From Mycobacterium leprae TN (GTDB lineage: Bacteria; Actinomycetota; Actinomycetes; Mycobacteriales; Mycobacteriaceae), in NCBI RefSeq assembly GCF_000195855.1, contig NC_002677.1:3030001-3062000 (forward strand): a stretch of DNA of 32,000 nucleotides, written 5' to 3'. Shown here in pieces: positions 12,100 through 23,953 of this stretch (positions are counted from its first letter, which is position 1; each line of letters starts with the position of its first letter). The position numbers and the translations under genes were made by a program. Under the pieces are notes generated by a model, which was given only the letters and a program-made list of their open reading frames with translations, was not told where the DNA came from and made no database searches.

Positions 12100-13215
12100 T
12101 CCGATCGGTCTAGTGTCGACATAAGCCTCATTGAGTATCAACTGCACTCCATTTCACACCCGGTTGACCGGAAAATGACTAGGGTTAGTGGGTAAGCGAC
12201 AGCGACCCAGTGGAACCGGGTGTCATTTTAATAGTGCTAATAGGGGAAGAAAGTGAGTTTGATAGTGATCCGGTTAGCCTATGGAGGCGTTTGACTAGGC
12301 GCTGGTAGCGGTGGGAGTGGGAATCGCGAGTTTGGCGGCTGCGGCCTCGCTGAGTGCACCTTTAGATACGGGTTGCCCTTGCTGGTCTTGCCGGCACTGC
12401 TAACCGGCCCGAACGAAATGGTACGAGGGCATGGCTTGGCTTATGAGACTAGGTGTTCGTGGGTGGTTAAGCGACTCATGTCGGTTTCGACCTCAGTCAG
12501 GATGTTCTGCTGGTTGCTGACGCTGATACTCGAAACTCTCAGTGAGAGCACTCAACGGTGTTGATAACACATTCGGCAACGATGGCGGGATCGACCAGAA
12601 TCGGATTGGTGCCGCCGGTGTTGGGATCGGGAGCGATGTCGGTACCAGGATTGGTGCCGGGCGCGTCGGCGCCGGTGCGGTCGATCAGGACTTCGATCAT
12701 GTCCTGCGTTGACAGCGTGATCAGGGGTAAGGCCACCAACCAGATTTGATCAGCACGTTCTAGACTAACTTTTCTAGCCCGCCGCCAATAGCGGGTGTGG
12801 TTGCGGGTCAGATCCACCCACAGCCGAGTGTAGTCGCGCAGCGGTGGATAGAACTTGGCCGATGGCACGAAAGTTGATCACAGCAAGCCCTTCTCGGTGA
12901 GATTGGCCAACCACACCGCATCTAGCTTGTCGGTCTTGCTCTGGGCAAGCACATTCTCCACATTCCGGGTGGTGACCAGCTGCACCTACAGTCACGCTAC
13001 CTTCAGCAGGTAGTACCAGATCCACCAGTAGTCCGTGGTGGACTCTACGGTCACTTTTTCGATACCGGCCTCGATTAGCTGCTAGGCCAGCTCCGCCTAT
13101 GGTCTTGGTGCATGTTGGGCACGTCTCACACCCGGCTGAACCATCGTTCCCATTTGGTCGATCACTAAAACTCATGTTCGGCGTCAGGAATCTCCCCCGG
13201 CCCCGACACCACCGC
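12100..13215 (-). mobile_element. IS110-family transposase remnant
   Basis: Minus-strand frame reads 'LIEAGIEKVTVESTTDYWWIWYYLLKVA*L*VQLVTTRNVENVLAQSKTDKLDAVWLANLTEKGLL*STFVPSAKFYPPLRDYTRLWVDLTRNHTRYWRR' then 'LITLSTQDMIEVLIDRTGAD', and near 12.3 kb 'GKTSKGNPYLK' plus 'RYQRLVKR' and 'TRFHWV'. This is the order of IS110-family DEDD and C-terminal motifs. Termini were not determined. Confidence 0.8.
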
Positions 13216-13639
13216 AAACTTCCGCTTGTACCCGCGTTGTGCTGCTATTTGGCTTGTCGTCCAATTGAATCCATACCACTGCGTCAGTGGTAGATCGTCC
13301 GAAGTCCTCATTCAAGAGAAGCAAATTCTGACTGTCATGCTCTAAGCAGCAATACGTGACCCTTCCAGGTCAGATCCCGGCGTCAAGTTTGGCTACAGAC
13401 TCACTGGACCATAACCAGGTCGGTGGCGAGCAACTCGACCTCATCTTCACACCGACGAGGCGTCCCACAAGAACAACAAAACTTGGCCCGAATTAGTACA
13501 CACCGTCGGTGCAGATCTTGATAAGCGCGTCCCGGATATCGTCAGGTACGGATCAGCAAGTAGGAGGGGATGCCGGCTTTGCTAGCCAGTTGACCCTACT
13601 GGAAAATATCTCTTCGGTATGCTCGATGCAGCCTTGGTA

Positions 13640-14240
13640 GAAGAATCATAGGCTGGGCAATCGTTGGCCGCAAAGCGAAGCAGAACCTACTGCGATTCCC
13701 GCCGGGACGTGTCGGCGCAAAGGCTTAAATGTTGCGCAACGACCTGATTTTGACAAACCGATGAGATCGGCAACAACAAGATCGTCCGCCGCAATTTGTT
13801 TTGCACACTGGCCGACGGTCAGCGACAAGTTGTTGCTAGTCACTATCGCCACCATGGTCGGGTCGGTGGCTGTGTAAGCATATTCCCCGCCTCGGGAATT
13901 GCCCCTTTGGGGGCCGTACCTGAACCACGTCTCGGCATTCGTGTTTGCTTATCTCAACGGTAAGCAACATCGTGCTGCTGACCAATCCTGGCGTGCAGCT
14001 GTGACCGTATATGCTGTACGCGGTATTGAGCGGCGACAACAACTACGCGGCACGCTGATTAGCGTAAACGCCTTTCTACTCTGAGCGGCGCGGGAGCCCA
14101 ACGTTAGCCACCAATGCCGGCGCCGACAACCTCGAGGTGCTAGTCATCCAGCTCGTCGGCTTACTGGTAGTCTCCACCGCAGACCACCAAGCGCCCTACT
14201 GGGTGTTCTGGGCTATAGTCAGCGTCACGGCAGCACTGTT
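13640..14240 (+). pseudogene. NarK/MFS family nitrate/nitrite transporter pseudogene, copy 2
   Basis: Frames give 'LISVNAFLL*', then 'NLEVLVIQLVGLLVVSTADHQAPYWVFWAIVSVTAALF', corresponding to the same family region as copy 1 (TNINAF...NLG.P.VQL.GL...YWV). 5' boundary is approximate. Confidence 0.6.
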
Positions 14241-15728
14241 CACGGACAACCCGGCCTGCATTACAGCGAGTGCCCAATTTTGCCATAGACATCCACCACA
14301 ACGCCGCGTTGGCGCGAGCAGCGTTGTGTATGGCCACCGCGGTTCTCTGTGGGTCGGTAGCCAGAGTGATTTTCCAAACCGATCAAGGCGATGTCACGCA
14401 GTCGATAGGGCGTACCGGGTCCGATCTTGACGATGCTGTCGGGGAATCTTCGAACTCCCCCATTGAATGGTAATGATTGCGTAACAACCACTTCCATAAT
14501 CCATAACCGGTAAGAAACTGTTCCACGCAGTTATTGCTGGACTAACAACTTAACAGGGCACATAAGCATCCCACCAACGGCATGCTCAGTCCGATCGATT
14601 ACGAACACATCTGCACACAGCCGAACAACGCGACACCTGGCACCCAGCCCGACCACGGACAAATCACACGAACCCAGATGGAAGCGGCTCCACCGCCGCT
14701 GTTCTTTCCGCCCAGCACCGCGCAGGAGCAATGGCAAGCACAGAGCCCTGCCCCGCCGAATCACGCAGCTCCCAGCTTCACACCAACAATCACCCCCACT
14801 ACAAACAAAACCTCTACAGTTTCAGGGGATTGGCGACGCAGCGCTGGATAGTACAGCAAGATGACCTTCGTCGGACCACTATTGGGGTCGTTGTCACGGA
14901 TCTACGGTGGAAAGTAACCGATCGCACGGAAAGTAACCGCGTCACTCTGGGCGTGCTGGGCAGCAAATGACCCCAACCCGGGATGGACAATGGGTCGGTC
15001 TTTAAAATGACTCCGCCGGTCTCCGAGGGTGGCGAATTGTTTCGGTGGGCATGTGCTATCTGCTGGACCAGGGGCTGTTTCAGAACAGTTACGCGCCTGC
15101 GGCACCGATCTGATCACAACATAGCCGCTGAACCTCCACGCCGAACTAGAGCAAAACAATTGCCAACAGATTTCCATAGGGACGATTCCCCAACACGATC
15201 TGGCTGTTTACAGCTTTGCTGACGAGGAGCACGGCACCAACTAAAGCTTGACTTTGCTCGACTGTGCGACTTTAACCTGCCTTTGGCAAGCACGAACCCC
15301 CGTGGAGGCTTCTCGGCCAAGTAGCAAAGACACTGCGTTTATCGTTCGACACAGCGGAATGTATCGACCGAATCATCACCGAAAGCGTAAAAAATCAGTG
15401 GAACGACGAACGCCGTACATACTGACCACCACATAGGATGTTACCGACGGAGGTCCTTTTGCCGCCAGTGCCATTTCATCGACCGTACTGACCAAGACCA
15501 CCGAAATTGTGCAGTTCATGTTCATGGGGCCAGTGTTCAATTAGCTGCTCAAGCTGCTGGGGACGACAAGATAACCCTCCGGATGTCGATGTGCGCATTG
15601 CAGCTTGGGCATCCCGCGCTACGGGATACGCTCCGAAGCACTACCTTACATGTCGGTGGACATGCTCGTCGACGCCATCGGCCCGACAATGCAGCGCTAC
15701 CTTTGTCGGTCATATCAGCTAGCCCAAG

Positions 15729-16087
15729 CTAGGCGGTGACCCAGAAGACGGGCTGTATTTGCCTTTCAGGCATTACATGTACCGGTCAGACCGGCACGGA
15801 AAACTGCGGACACCAACCAAGTAGCTACCGTCGTCAAGCGTTAATGCCTGCTCCAGAATCGGCACTTTGACCGTAGCGCGACCCCCGCGGCCGTCGACGA
15901 TCCCGCGTGAAATCACTGCTACTCCCGAAAACGGGTGAACATTGCCTATTGCGTGAACCGACCAGTCGTCAAACCGGAACAACACCGAGGAGGTGACGTC
16001 ATGAAAGCAGCACACCGACACCACAACCAGGTAGTAGGTATGTACAGGAGGTCAGCCACATTTGAATATCGTTTTCTCCTTGCTCAT
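15729..16087 (-). pseudogene. nirD: Nitrite reductase small subunit NirD pseudogene
   Basis: Minus-strand 'NDIQMWLTSCTYLLPGCGVGVLLS', shift, then 'HDVTSSVLFRFDDWSVHAIGNVHPFSGVAVISRGIVDGRGGRATVKVPILEQALTLDDGSYL', then 'SVPV*PVHVMPERQIQPVFWVTA*'. The frame is broken at least twice, and there is an in-frame stop near the C-terminus. Confidence 0.82.
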
Positions 16088-16096
16088 TGACGTCGT

Positions 16097-18500
16097 TTAC
16101 AGACGTAGCATATTACTAATAGGAATAGGAACTTTGCGGCCGACTACTCGATGAATGTCACAGCCGTGTCAACAGCCTCTGGAGCGTTGACGAAGGAGAC
16201 GGATTGCGACAACTTGTCTGGGGTCCTATAGCACGCATTTTTATTCGTACTTGTAGTTCTGCACATGAGGCTGCATCGCGGCTTAGAACTCCTCCGCTAG
16301 AACGAATGAAGTCCTCGCACAGGCCGTCTACCAGCAGCAAGCCGTAGTGCAGGTCATCCAGCCCGGCTTGTATCGATTCGATCCACGGAGCGGTGCTTTT
16401 CCAGTCGAACGGTGGTTAGGATGTAGTACATCAGGAACCGGTCAATGTAACGGATCAGCATTCGGTGTCCGAATTGCTGGACAGCAGCTGCCTAGGCAAG
16501 CAGGCCACCGTTGCCACTTACATAAAAGGTTCCAGCCTTTCTCAGCGGTAGATGACACCCACGTTCTTACCATGGGCCTCGACACACTGCCACGGGCAAC
16601 CCAAGATGCCCAACTTGAACTTGGGCGGCACCGATAAACCCCGGTAGCGCAATTTCAGGCCGATGACCAGGTGCACCGAATCCTACTGACCCGTAGCGAC
16701 ACCAGTGGCTACCCACGCAGTTCTTCACCGGACGCACCGCTTTGCCCATAGATGTGGCCAAATCACATACTGCCGGACACCAACCGCTTCTAGATCTGCG
16801 GCAGCTGGTACACACATGGGATTCGAACAGATCGATCCTCTGGCCGAAAGTGATCTTGGTGTAGAGCCCGAAGTCTGGCCAATCTGCCCAATCAAAATCA
16901 GATGCTCCGGCTCGTCGGCAGCAAGCCCCACGCGGTGCCACGCCAACAAGTAGCGCCACGCTGGCTGAACGGCGCGTAATGTGATCCTAACCTTTCGATA
17001 CCAAGTTGGCTTACAACCACGAGTTTGCAGATTTTGCAAAACTTTCCGCGGCCAAAGCACGCCAACAGGACAAAGAACGTGCAGATTTCGATGGCAGCGA
17101 TTATTTCAAAGAGTTCAGGTCACGTATTGACTGAAGTGCTCACACAGCGCTTTAAATTGTTCCAAGTCCTCGGCTTCCAGCAGCTATTTGAGCAGCGGCA
17201 ACAAAACCCACAGAATGTCTCGGCCGCCGTGCATGCCTTGAGTGCAGGAACATCAGCGCATGCTATTAACGTCGTCCACTCGTTGAGCAGTCCGACCGTC
17301 AGCGCCGTAGCGCCTCTAGTCTGCTAGGCTGGAGCGGTCAGCTCGAGCAGGTCCCCGAGCTGACCGGGTAACGACCATAGGGCGCAACACCCCCGGACGA
17401 TGAAGCATCGACGACCAAGATTCGCATCGAGCAAATTCTTGGCGACGTCGGAAAGTACCAGTTTGGTGTATGTCCAGTTTACCGCGTCATTAATGACAAC
17501 TTCGATAAAGTTCTCGGTCGCACCCATAGCTTCGCTGAAGCTAGCCGCATCGGCACTAAGCAGTTTGAGGCAGTTTGAGTTTGGTCGATCAGACCGCATT
17601 TGGAAACTCCACAGTCTCGTCCAACAGCTGGTCCATAAAGCAGACATTTTGGATTCACGTGCAGGGCCCTCTACTGCGACGTAGACATCCGGAAAACCCC
17701 TGTTCAGCATGACAAGTCGGTGGGCGTTCTGTGCAGCTCGGCGATCATCACCGCCGGACTGCTAACTCATCGCACGGCCTAATACCCGCAGCGAAGATCA
17801 CAACCCGACATCTATGACATTTTATTATTCTGACCGTAGATAAGACACACCCACAACGACTTAAGGCAGCTCAAATGTTCAACAGATTCAATCAATTAGG
17901 TACCTGTTCCGACATGAACGGCGAAACCAAGATCGGTGATTAGCCACGCCAGCAACGCGCCACCAGCCGCGGCAATTTGGTCGACCATCAAGTACGGCAT
18001 CATCTCGATGACGTGGGTTTGCAACCAAAACTGGCACAGCGCGTTTGCGACCCCTAGCGTCAGCAGGTCGCCACCAATTGACCACGCCCGAGCATGCAAT
18101 GGCCGACCTCCAGCGTGCGGTGGGCACCGGCCCAAATAGCATCAATATCGTCAACTGTACGGTAAACGTGACACTCGAATAGGGTGGTAGCCGGGCATCA
18201 GCGAAACAAAAGCATTATGACTCGGCCGCCAGCACCAGGGCGGCATAACTATACCACTAGCCGTAAACGGTTATCTACCGATTTGTTACGCGGCCGATTT
18301 CAACGAAGCGCTTGTTGCACAGCAACCGAACCCGATAGTCAGTGGCATAATCATTGCTAGGCAACACCAGCGAGCCACAATTCCAATTATCGCTGTAAGA
18401 AATCAGACCAACGCGGTCACAAGCCGCATAGACCTCCCCGGTCAGGATGGTGATTCGCCTGTACCCGCCCTATTCAGTAGCACTGCAGCGGGCACGGAGC
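16097..18500 (-). pseudogene. nirB: Nitrite reductase large subunit NirB pseudogene
   Basis: Fragments in order on the minus strand: 'ALLALPSNDYATDYRVRLLC', 'PYLMVDQIAAAGGALLAWLITDLGFAVHVGTGT', 'ADAASFSEAMGATENFIEVVINDAVNWTYTKLVLSDVAKNLL', 'QLLEAEDLEQFKALCEHFSQ', 'EPEHLILIGQIGQTSG', 'LKLRYRGLSVPPKFKLGILGCPWQCVEAHGKNVGVI', 'GRKVPIPI..MLRL*'. Multiple frameshifts and stops. Confidence 0.9.
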
Positions 18501-18539
18501 ACTTCCGGCTAGCTGGTGGCCCACCGTGCTGTGCCCGAC

Positions 18540-19010
18540 CACGATGAGGTGGCGGGTCGCATCGTGCGTTGCAGACCGGCTGGAGCCATGACTTTGAGGG
18601 AAAGGTAGGATTAATCAAAACCGCCGGGGACTGGCTTCAAGCACGTTACCATTGGAATAAGCTCGGCCTTCAATCCGGCAGCTGAGATCGTCAAGAATGG
18701 CGACGACACAGTGTCACCTCGAAACTGTCGGGTGTTGACGTAGACAAATACGTCAACATAAAGGTCTACCGTGAGCCTGGGTATTCACGACGAACACCGC
18801 GATGAGCACGGCGGAGACAGAAGCGCTGACCGCATGCTGCACGAGGTCCGCTACAGCTCGTTTCACAGGGCCTTCCAGCTGACCGTGCACGTCACCAGCG
18901 AGGTAATCGAACCTTCCTATGACGCCGGTATATTGACGGTGCGGGTCACCGATGCCTTTAAGGTATCCTGACGCAGGCCAAGCGCAACGTATCGTCATCA
19001 CTAGAAGTAA
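18540..19010 (+). pseudogene. hsp: Hsp20/alpha-crystallin family heat-shock protein pseudogene (Rv0251c-like)
   Basis: Plus frames: 'FNPAAEIVKNGDDTV', 'HDEHRDEHGGDRSADRMLHEVRYSSFHRAFQLTVHVTSEVIEPSYDAGILTVRVTDAFKVS*', then 'AQRIVITR'. The alpha-crystallin core is recognisable but broken by frameshifts. Confidence 0.82.
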
Positions 19011-19293
19011 CTTCGGGGCCAAGCGATACAGATGAATCCGGCAGGGTCATCAGTTCCGTCGGATCCATCGAATCGACTACTAGATAGATGACTACCCACG
19101 GTGAAAATGACAGACCCGGCAGACATTCCAGCAGCGCTATCATCTATTCAGCAGGCACGATCTGACCCGACGAAGGCCACATTGGGTCTCCTTACTAAAT
19201 CACGCTACGTGGTCTATCTCACATAAGGGCCGCGCCGTGGATAGTATCGGGGGCATACTGTGATCCATAGCACCGCCTGCCGAGGAGATCCGT

Positions 19294-19590
19294 TTGTATG
19301 CCACTACTGAACTCGCCGAACTTCACGACCTCATCGGCAGAATGCGACGGTCCGTAGCCTCGTTTAAGGCGCGATACGGAGACAGTCCCGCGATGCGTCG
19401 CATCGCCATCGACGCTGATCGGATCCTCAGCGACATCGAACTGCTTGATGCTGACATCTCCGAATTGGACCTGGCTCGCGCCACCGTCCAGCAGTCGAAC
19501 GAGAAGATCGCTATTCCCGACACCCAATACGACAGCGACTTCTGGCGTGATGTTGACGACGAAGGCGTCGGGGGCCACAGCAGGTCCTAA
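19294..19590 (+). CDS. Conserved mycobacterial hypothetical protein (Rv0250c-like)
   Basis: Uninterrupted 98-aa ORF 'MYATTELAELHDLIGRMRRSVASFKARYGDSPAMRRIAIDADRILSDIELLDADISELDLARATVQQSNEKIAIPDTQYDSDFWRDVDDEGVGGHSRS', colinear with the Rv0250c family and in syntenic position. Confidence 0.8.
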   Translation: MYATTELAELHDLIGRMRRSVASFKARYGDSPAMRRIAIDADRILSDIELLDADISELDLARATVQQSNEKIAIPDTQYDSDFWRDVDDEGVGGHSRS

Positions 19591-19665
19591 CAATCAAACC
19601 CCCGAAAATCAAGGGGGTGCTCTGTGTACCCTTAGACCAGGTAACACGGGAAAAGATCCCAGTAA

Positions 19666-20500
19666 ATGAGCACACCCACACCGAACCGGCCTGCTACCAG
19701 CATGTTCTCAGCTGCTCGGGCCCAAATACCACAACAAAGGCTCTGCACTGACTGGTAGTGGTTGCCGCCGCTAATAACTAATATCGGTTTTTCAACTTTC
19801 ATTCTTTACGCCACTATCCGAGCGTTCTTGAGTAGCAACGATTGGGCAGCTGAATACCACTATCTGGCGCGGTTATATTTGCCGTGTATCAGCATCTGCT
19901 GCGAGCCCAGCGCCAACTAATTCAACATCTGATTGGGTCATTTCCCATAGTGGATGTTGGAATGCTAGCATTACCATTCTTGCTTACGGTTCGACTTACC
20001 TGCTACTATATTAGTACGAAACATGCTATAGGTCGGTGTAGCAGTCGCTGACCAGAAGTGTAGTATCCGAACCACGAGTACAGTACACCGGCTAAGCCTG
20101 GCTCAGGCTAATCACCCAAAAAACCTACCGCATACCTTATTCTATACAGAGCTGGTGGACTGGGTAATCAACAGATACGACATAATAATATAATGGCGTT
20201 CCATCCACTCGCCGGCTTAGGCAACGCCATTTTGGTGATCAATTTGCTTTTACTGTGATGCTACACCATCTCGTGCCATTTGTGTCGGCACATCAGTGAT
20301 AGCTGACTCAAGCATTTCTCCAAACACCCAGTACGACACTGGATCTGGACACAGGCCAGGAACTTGAACACCCATCACATGCAATTCCCATAGATCACAC
20401 TGGGCGCATTGACGCTGACCGACTTCTACATCACGCTGACGGCTAGCAGCACCATCACAGAAATCAGATTGTTGGTTGAGAAGGCGGTATCGAAATACCA
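19666..20500 (+). pseudogene. Succinate dehydrogenase membrane subunit pseudogene (Sdh1 operon, Rv0249c-like)
   Basis: Plus frames: 'MSTPTPNRPATSMFSAARAQIPQQRLCTD*WWLPPLITNIGFSTFILYATIRAFLSSNDW', 'EYHYLA', 'CYTISCHLCRHI', 'LKHFSKHPVRHWIWTQ', 'ITLGALTLTDFYITL'. Multiple disruptions. Confidence 0.82.
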
Positions 20501-20523
20501 GTAAGAGCTAAGCCCGGTTCTCC

Positions 20524-22353
20524 ATGGCTGAGGTCGAACGCCACTCCTAAGACTGTAGTAGTGGTAAGTGGCGACGATACGATACTACATGATGCAGTCA
20601 TCGAGGCGGGTTACGGGGCATGCGGGTCACAGTAGTGTGTAAACACCTGTTCGGCAAGGCCTACACGAGGATGGCCGAGGGCGGTTGCGGATTGCCCTGG
20701 GCAATACCAACCCGAAGGACGATTAGCGGACCCACTTCGGCGACACGATGTGCGGTGGGAAGTCTATCAGCAACTGGTAAATAGCCGAGGTGATCGCCAC
20801 GGTACACGCGCACCTCAACATAAGAAAATTAACCATGGGGCTGGAGTTTATCCGCACCATCCAACAGAAGAGCGTCGCATTGCAGCAGTAAGATGACGTT
20901 GAACTCGGTTATTACGAAGTGTGGATCAAGGTTTTCGCCGAATGCACGATCACCGAGCTGATTAAAGACAATACAAAAAAACGGGTAACGTATAGTCGGC
21001 ACTTTCGGCTACTTGCGCGAAAGTAGTTGGTTCGTAGTGTTCTAGGCTCCTGCTGTTGTGCTGGCCCTCGGCGGCATCGGCAAGTCATTCAAGGTGACTT
21101 CGAATTCCTGGAAAAACACTGGAAACGGGAATGCCTTGGCACTGCGAGCTGGCGCATCGCTAATCAACATGGAGTGCGTCCAGTTGCACACGACGGGAAT
21201 GGTGTAGCCCCAGCGTGAAAGGCATACTAGGTACCAAAGGTACTCGTAGCGGCGGGGTTCTGAAGAACTCAGACGGCAAGTGGTTCATTTTCGACTACAT
21301 ACAGCCGGTGTTCAAAGGCTAGTACGCTGAAACCGAACACAGAGGCTGGCCAATGGCTAAAGAACAATGACTCCACCCGTCGCACGCCGGACTTGCTGCT
21401 GCACGATGAAGTTGCGCACGATCAACTCCGAGGTCAAAGCCGGCCAAGTCACCCCGCACGGCGTGGTCTACCTCGACATCACGTACCATCTGACACCCGC
21501 TTACATCAAGCGACGGTTGCCGTCAATGCATAACCAGTTCATGTAGCTCGCCGATGTCGACATCGCCACGCAGCCAATAGAAGTCGGTCCCACCTGTCAC
21601 TACGTCATGGGCGTTATCGAAGTCGACACGGATACTGGCGCGCCGATAGTCCCCAGGCTGTTCGTTGCCGACAAATGTTCCGGCAGCATGCACGGCTCCA
21701 ACAGGCTGGGCAGCAATTCGTTATCAGATCTGCTGGTCTTCAGCTGGTAGTCCGGCCTAGGAGCCGCAGACTGCGTGCGGGCACTGGGCAGCCGTCCGAT
21801 TGTCGCACCGGAGGTTGTCTACACCTCGGCCAAGCAGGCGCTAAAAACCTTAGAGGGTACGAAAGACGGCTCGGCTCCAGAAAATCCGTACACACGGTAC
21901 ATGGACTTGCAGTATTTGATACACGACCTAGTCGGCATCATCTGCAACCAGGAGGAGATAGTGCGAGCGCTGACATTTAGTTAAAGGAGTGGCGTACTTG
22001 ATACCAAAACATGCTTATATGAAGAACATCGCCAATAAAACCTAGGCTAGAATCTAGCCATCGATCTGCGCAACGTGCTGCTGGTTAGCGAGTTCGTGGT
22101 TAAGGCCGCGCTGGAACTCGTCAAAAGCCGCGGCAGCCATCCCAATATGGACTCCCTGCGTGATGCAAGACTCTGTTGGTCTGTCGGGCAACGCAAAACA
22201 TCAACGGCAGAGCTGACGGTGCACACGTCACCATCACCCACGAAACCCAGGTACCCATGCGGCCCAACTTGCTGGAACCCTTCGAAATCCTCGGGATTGG
22301 CGAAGTCTTACACCGATGAAGAGCTGGTCGAAAGGTCAGGTCGGAAGTGTTAA
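20524..22353 (+). pseudogene. Succinate dehydrogenase flavoprotein subunit pseudogene (Sdh1, Rv0248c-like)
   Basis: ATG 'MAEVERHS*D...', 'HLFGKAYTRMAEGGCG', 'NTNPKD', 'GGIGKSFKVTSNSWKNTGNGNALALRAGASLINMECVQLH', 'ADVDIATQPIEVGPTCHYVMG', 'MHGSNRLG.NSLSDLLVFS', 'GTKDGSAPENPYTRYMDLQYLIHDLVGIICNQEEIVRALTF', 'YTDEELVERSGRKC*'. Many frameshifts. Confidence 0.9.
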
Positions 22354-23090
22354 ATAACCTACGAGGCATAGGATTCCCAGTATAGCGTGGCGACGAAGAT
22401 GGTCGCGCACTCCATGACTTCACGGTAGAGGTCAACGAGATCGTGTTTGATATCATTTTCCGGCTGTAAAGGACGCAGAATACCGACCAACCGCGCGGTA
22501 CGCCGGAACTGCAGGGCAGGTGCGGATCATGCCCGGCGGAGATCAACGGCAGACTAGGACTGATGTGTATGACTCGGATGTTGACATTCGGAGAAGACGA
22601 AGTCGTTACCCCTACCCTAGGGCGAACATTCCCGTTCATTCGCGATCCGGTCACCAACGTGTCGTTCAACTACTAGAAAGATCCCATCGTTCGGGCTGAT
22701 CAAAGCACTACAGTGCACTACAGTCCGGTGAATATCTTATGACGCAAGTTGACGTCCAAAGCTTGCATGGAGTCCCGAAAGTGCATCGCATGCTTCCTGT
22801 ACCGAAACAGCTGCCACGTAGTACTCGATGACGAGGAAAACAAGCAGGCGTTCGCCGGACCGCGGTTCTTGATGCGGAGTGTCGAGTTGGAGATGCATCC
22901 GCTGAACACAAGCGACCGACGTCAACAGGAGCAGAAAAAGCACGGCCCGGGTTACTACAACACCACCAAGTGCTGCACCGAGGTCTTCCCAGAAAAACAT
23001 CAAGAACACCGATACCGATTAAATTAATAGAGTCTAGTAGACGACCGCAAAACCGATCCTGTGGCGTGACTGAGTAGTAAGTTGTTTCAC
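22344..23090 (+). pseudogene. Succinate dehydrogenase iron-sulfur subunit pseudogene (Sdh1, Rv0247c-like)
   Basis: Plus frames: 'ITYEA', 'HDFTVEVNEIVFDIIF', 'AEINGRLGLMCMTRMLTFGEDEVVTP', 'FPFIRDPVTNVSFNY*K', 'SRKCIACFLYRNSCHVVLDDEENKQAFAGPRFLMRSVELEMHPLNTSDRRQQEQKKHGPGYYNTTKCCTEVFPE', 'LVDDRKTDPVA*L'. Cys-containing Fe-S motifs are partly mutated. Confidence 0.88.
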
Positions 23091-23221
23091 CATGTGGTGC
23101 TACACCCACGCGAGGAAGCTAACGGAAATCTATAACAGTCACCCATCGGCACAGCGCACACCCTAAATCTAAACAACATTATAGGACACCTGAATTTCAG
23201 GACTAAGCGCTCGTTGTGCTG

Positions 23222-23716
<495 letters not shown>

Positions 23717-23953
23717 TTACCCGCTGGGTCTCACACAGACCGGGAGTACCCGGCGAATACCCTTTGCTTGGCGGGAACATCCGGGTGATACCGCAATCTG
23801 CTCTTCCAAGCATTGCACCCAAATAAACCGAGAAAATTAGAGTCGGACGGGTCTGACCGGTTTTCGAACAACAACGGCCAGGTAACTATGCGAGCTGCTA
23901 GTTAGGCGGGTGACGATAGCACCGGCATCCACGCGTCTAACCGTGGATTGAAA

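Noticed and set aside
12558-12749. Plus-strand ORF 'MLITHSATMAGSTRIGLVPPVLG…' as an independent gene
   Set aside because: It is antisense to the IS110-like transposase remnant and is best explained as its shadow.
14582-14851. Pro/Thr-rich ORF (…PPPLFFPPSTAQEQWQAQSPAPPNHAAPSFTPTITPTTNKT…) as a possible secreted or PPE-like protein
   Set aside because: Low-complexity composition, with no signal peptide, no conserved motif and pseudogene-rich surroundings. It is more likely a remnant or chance ORF. BLASTX would be needed.
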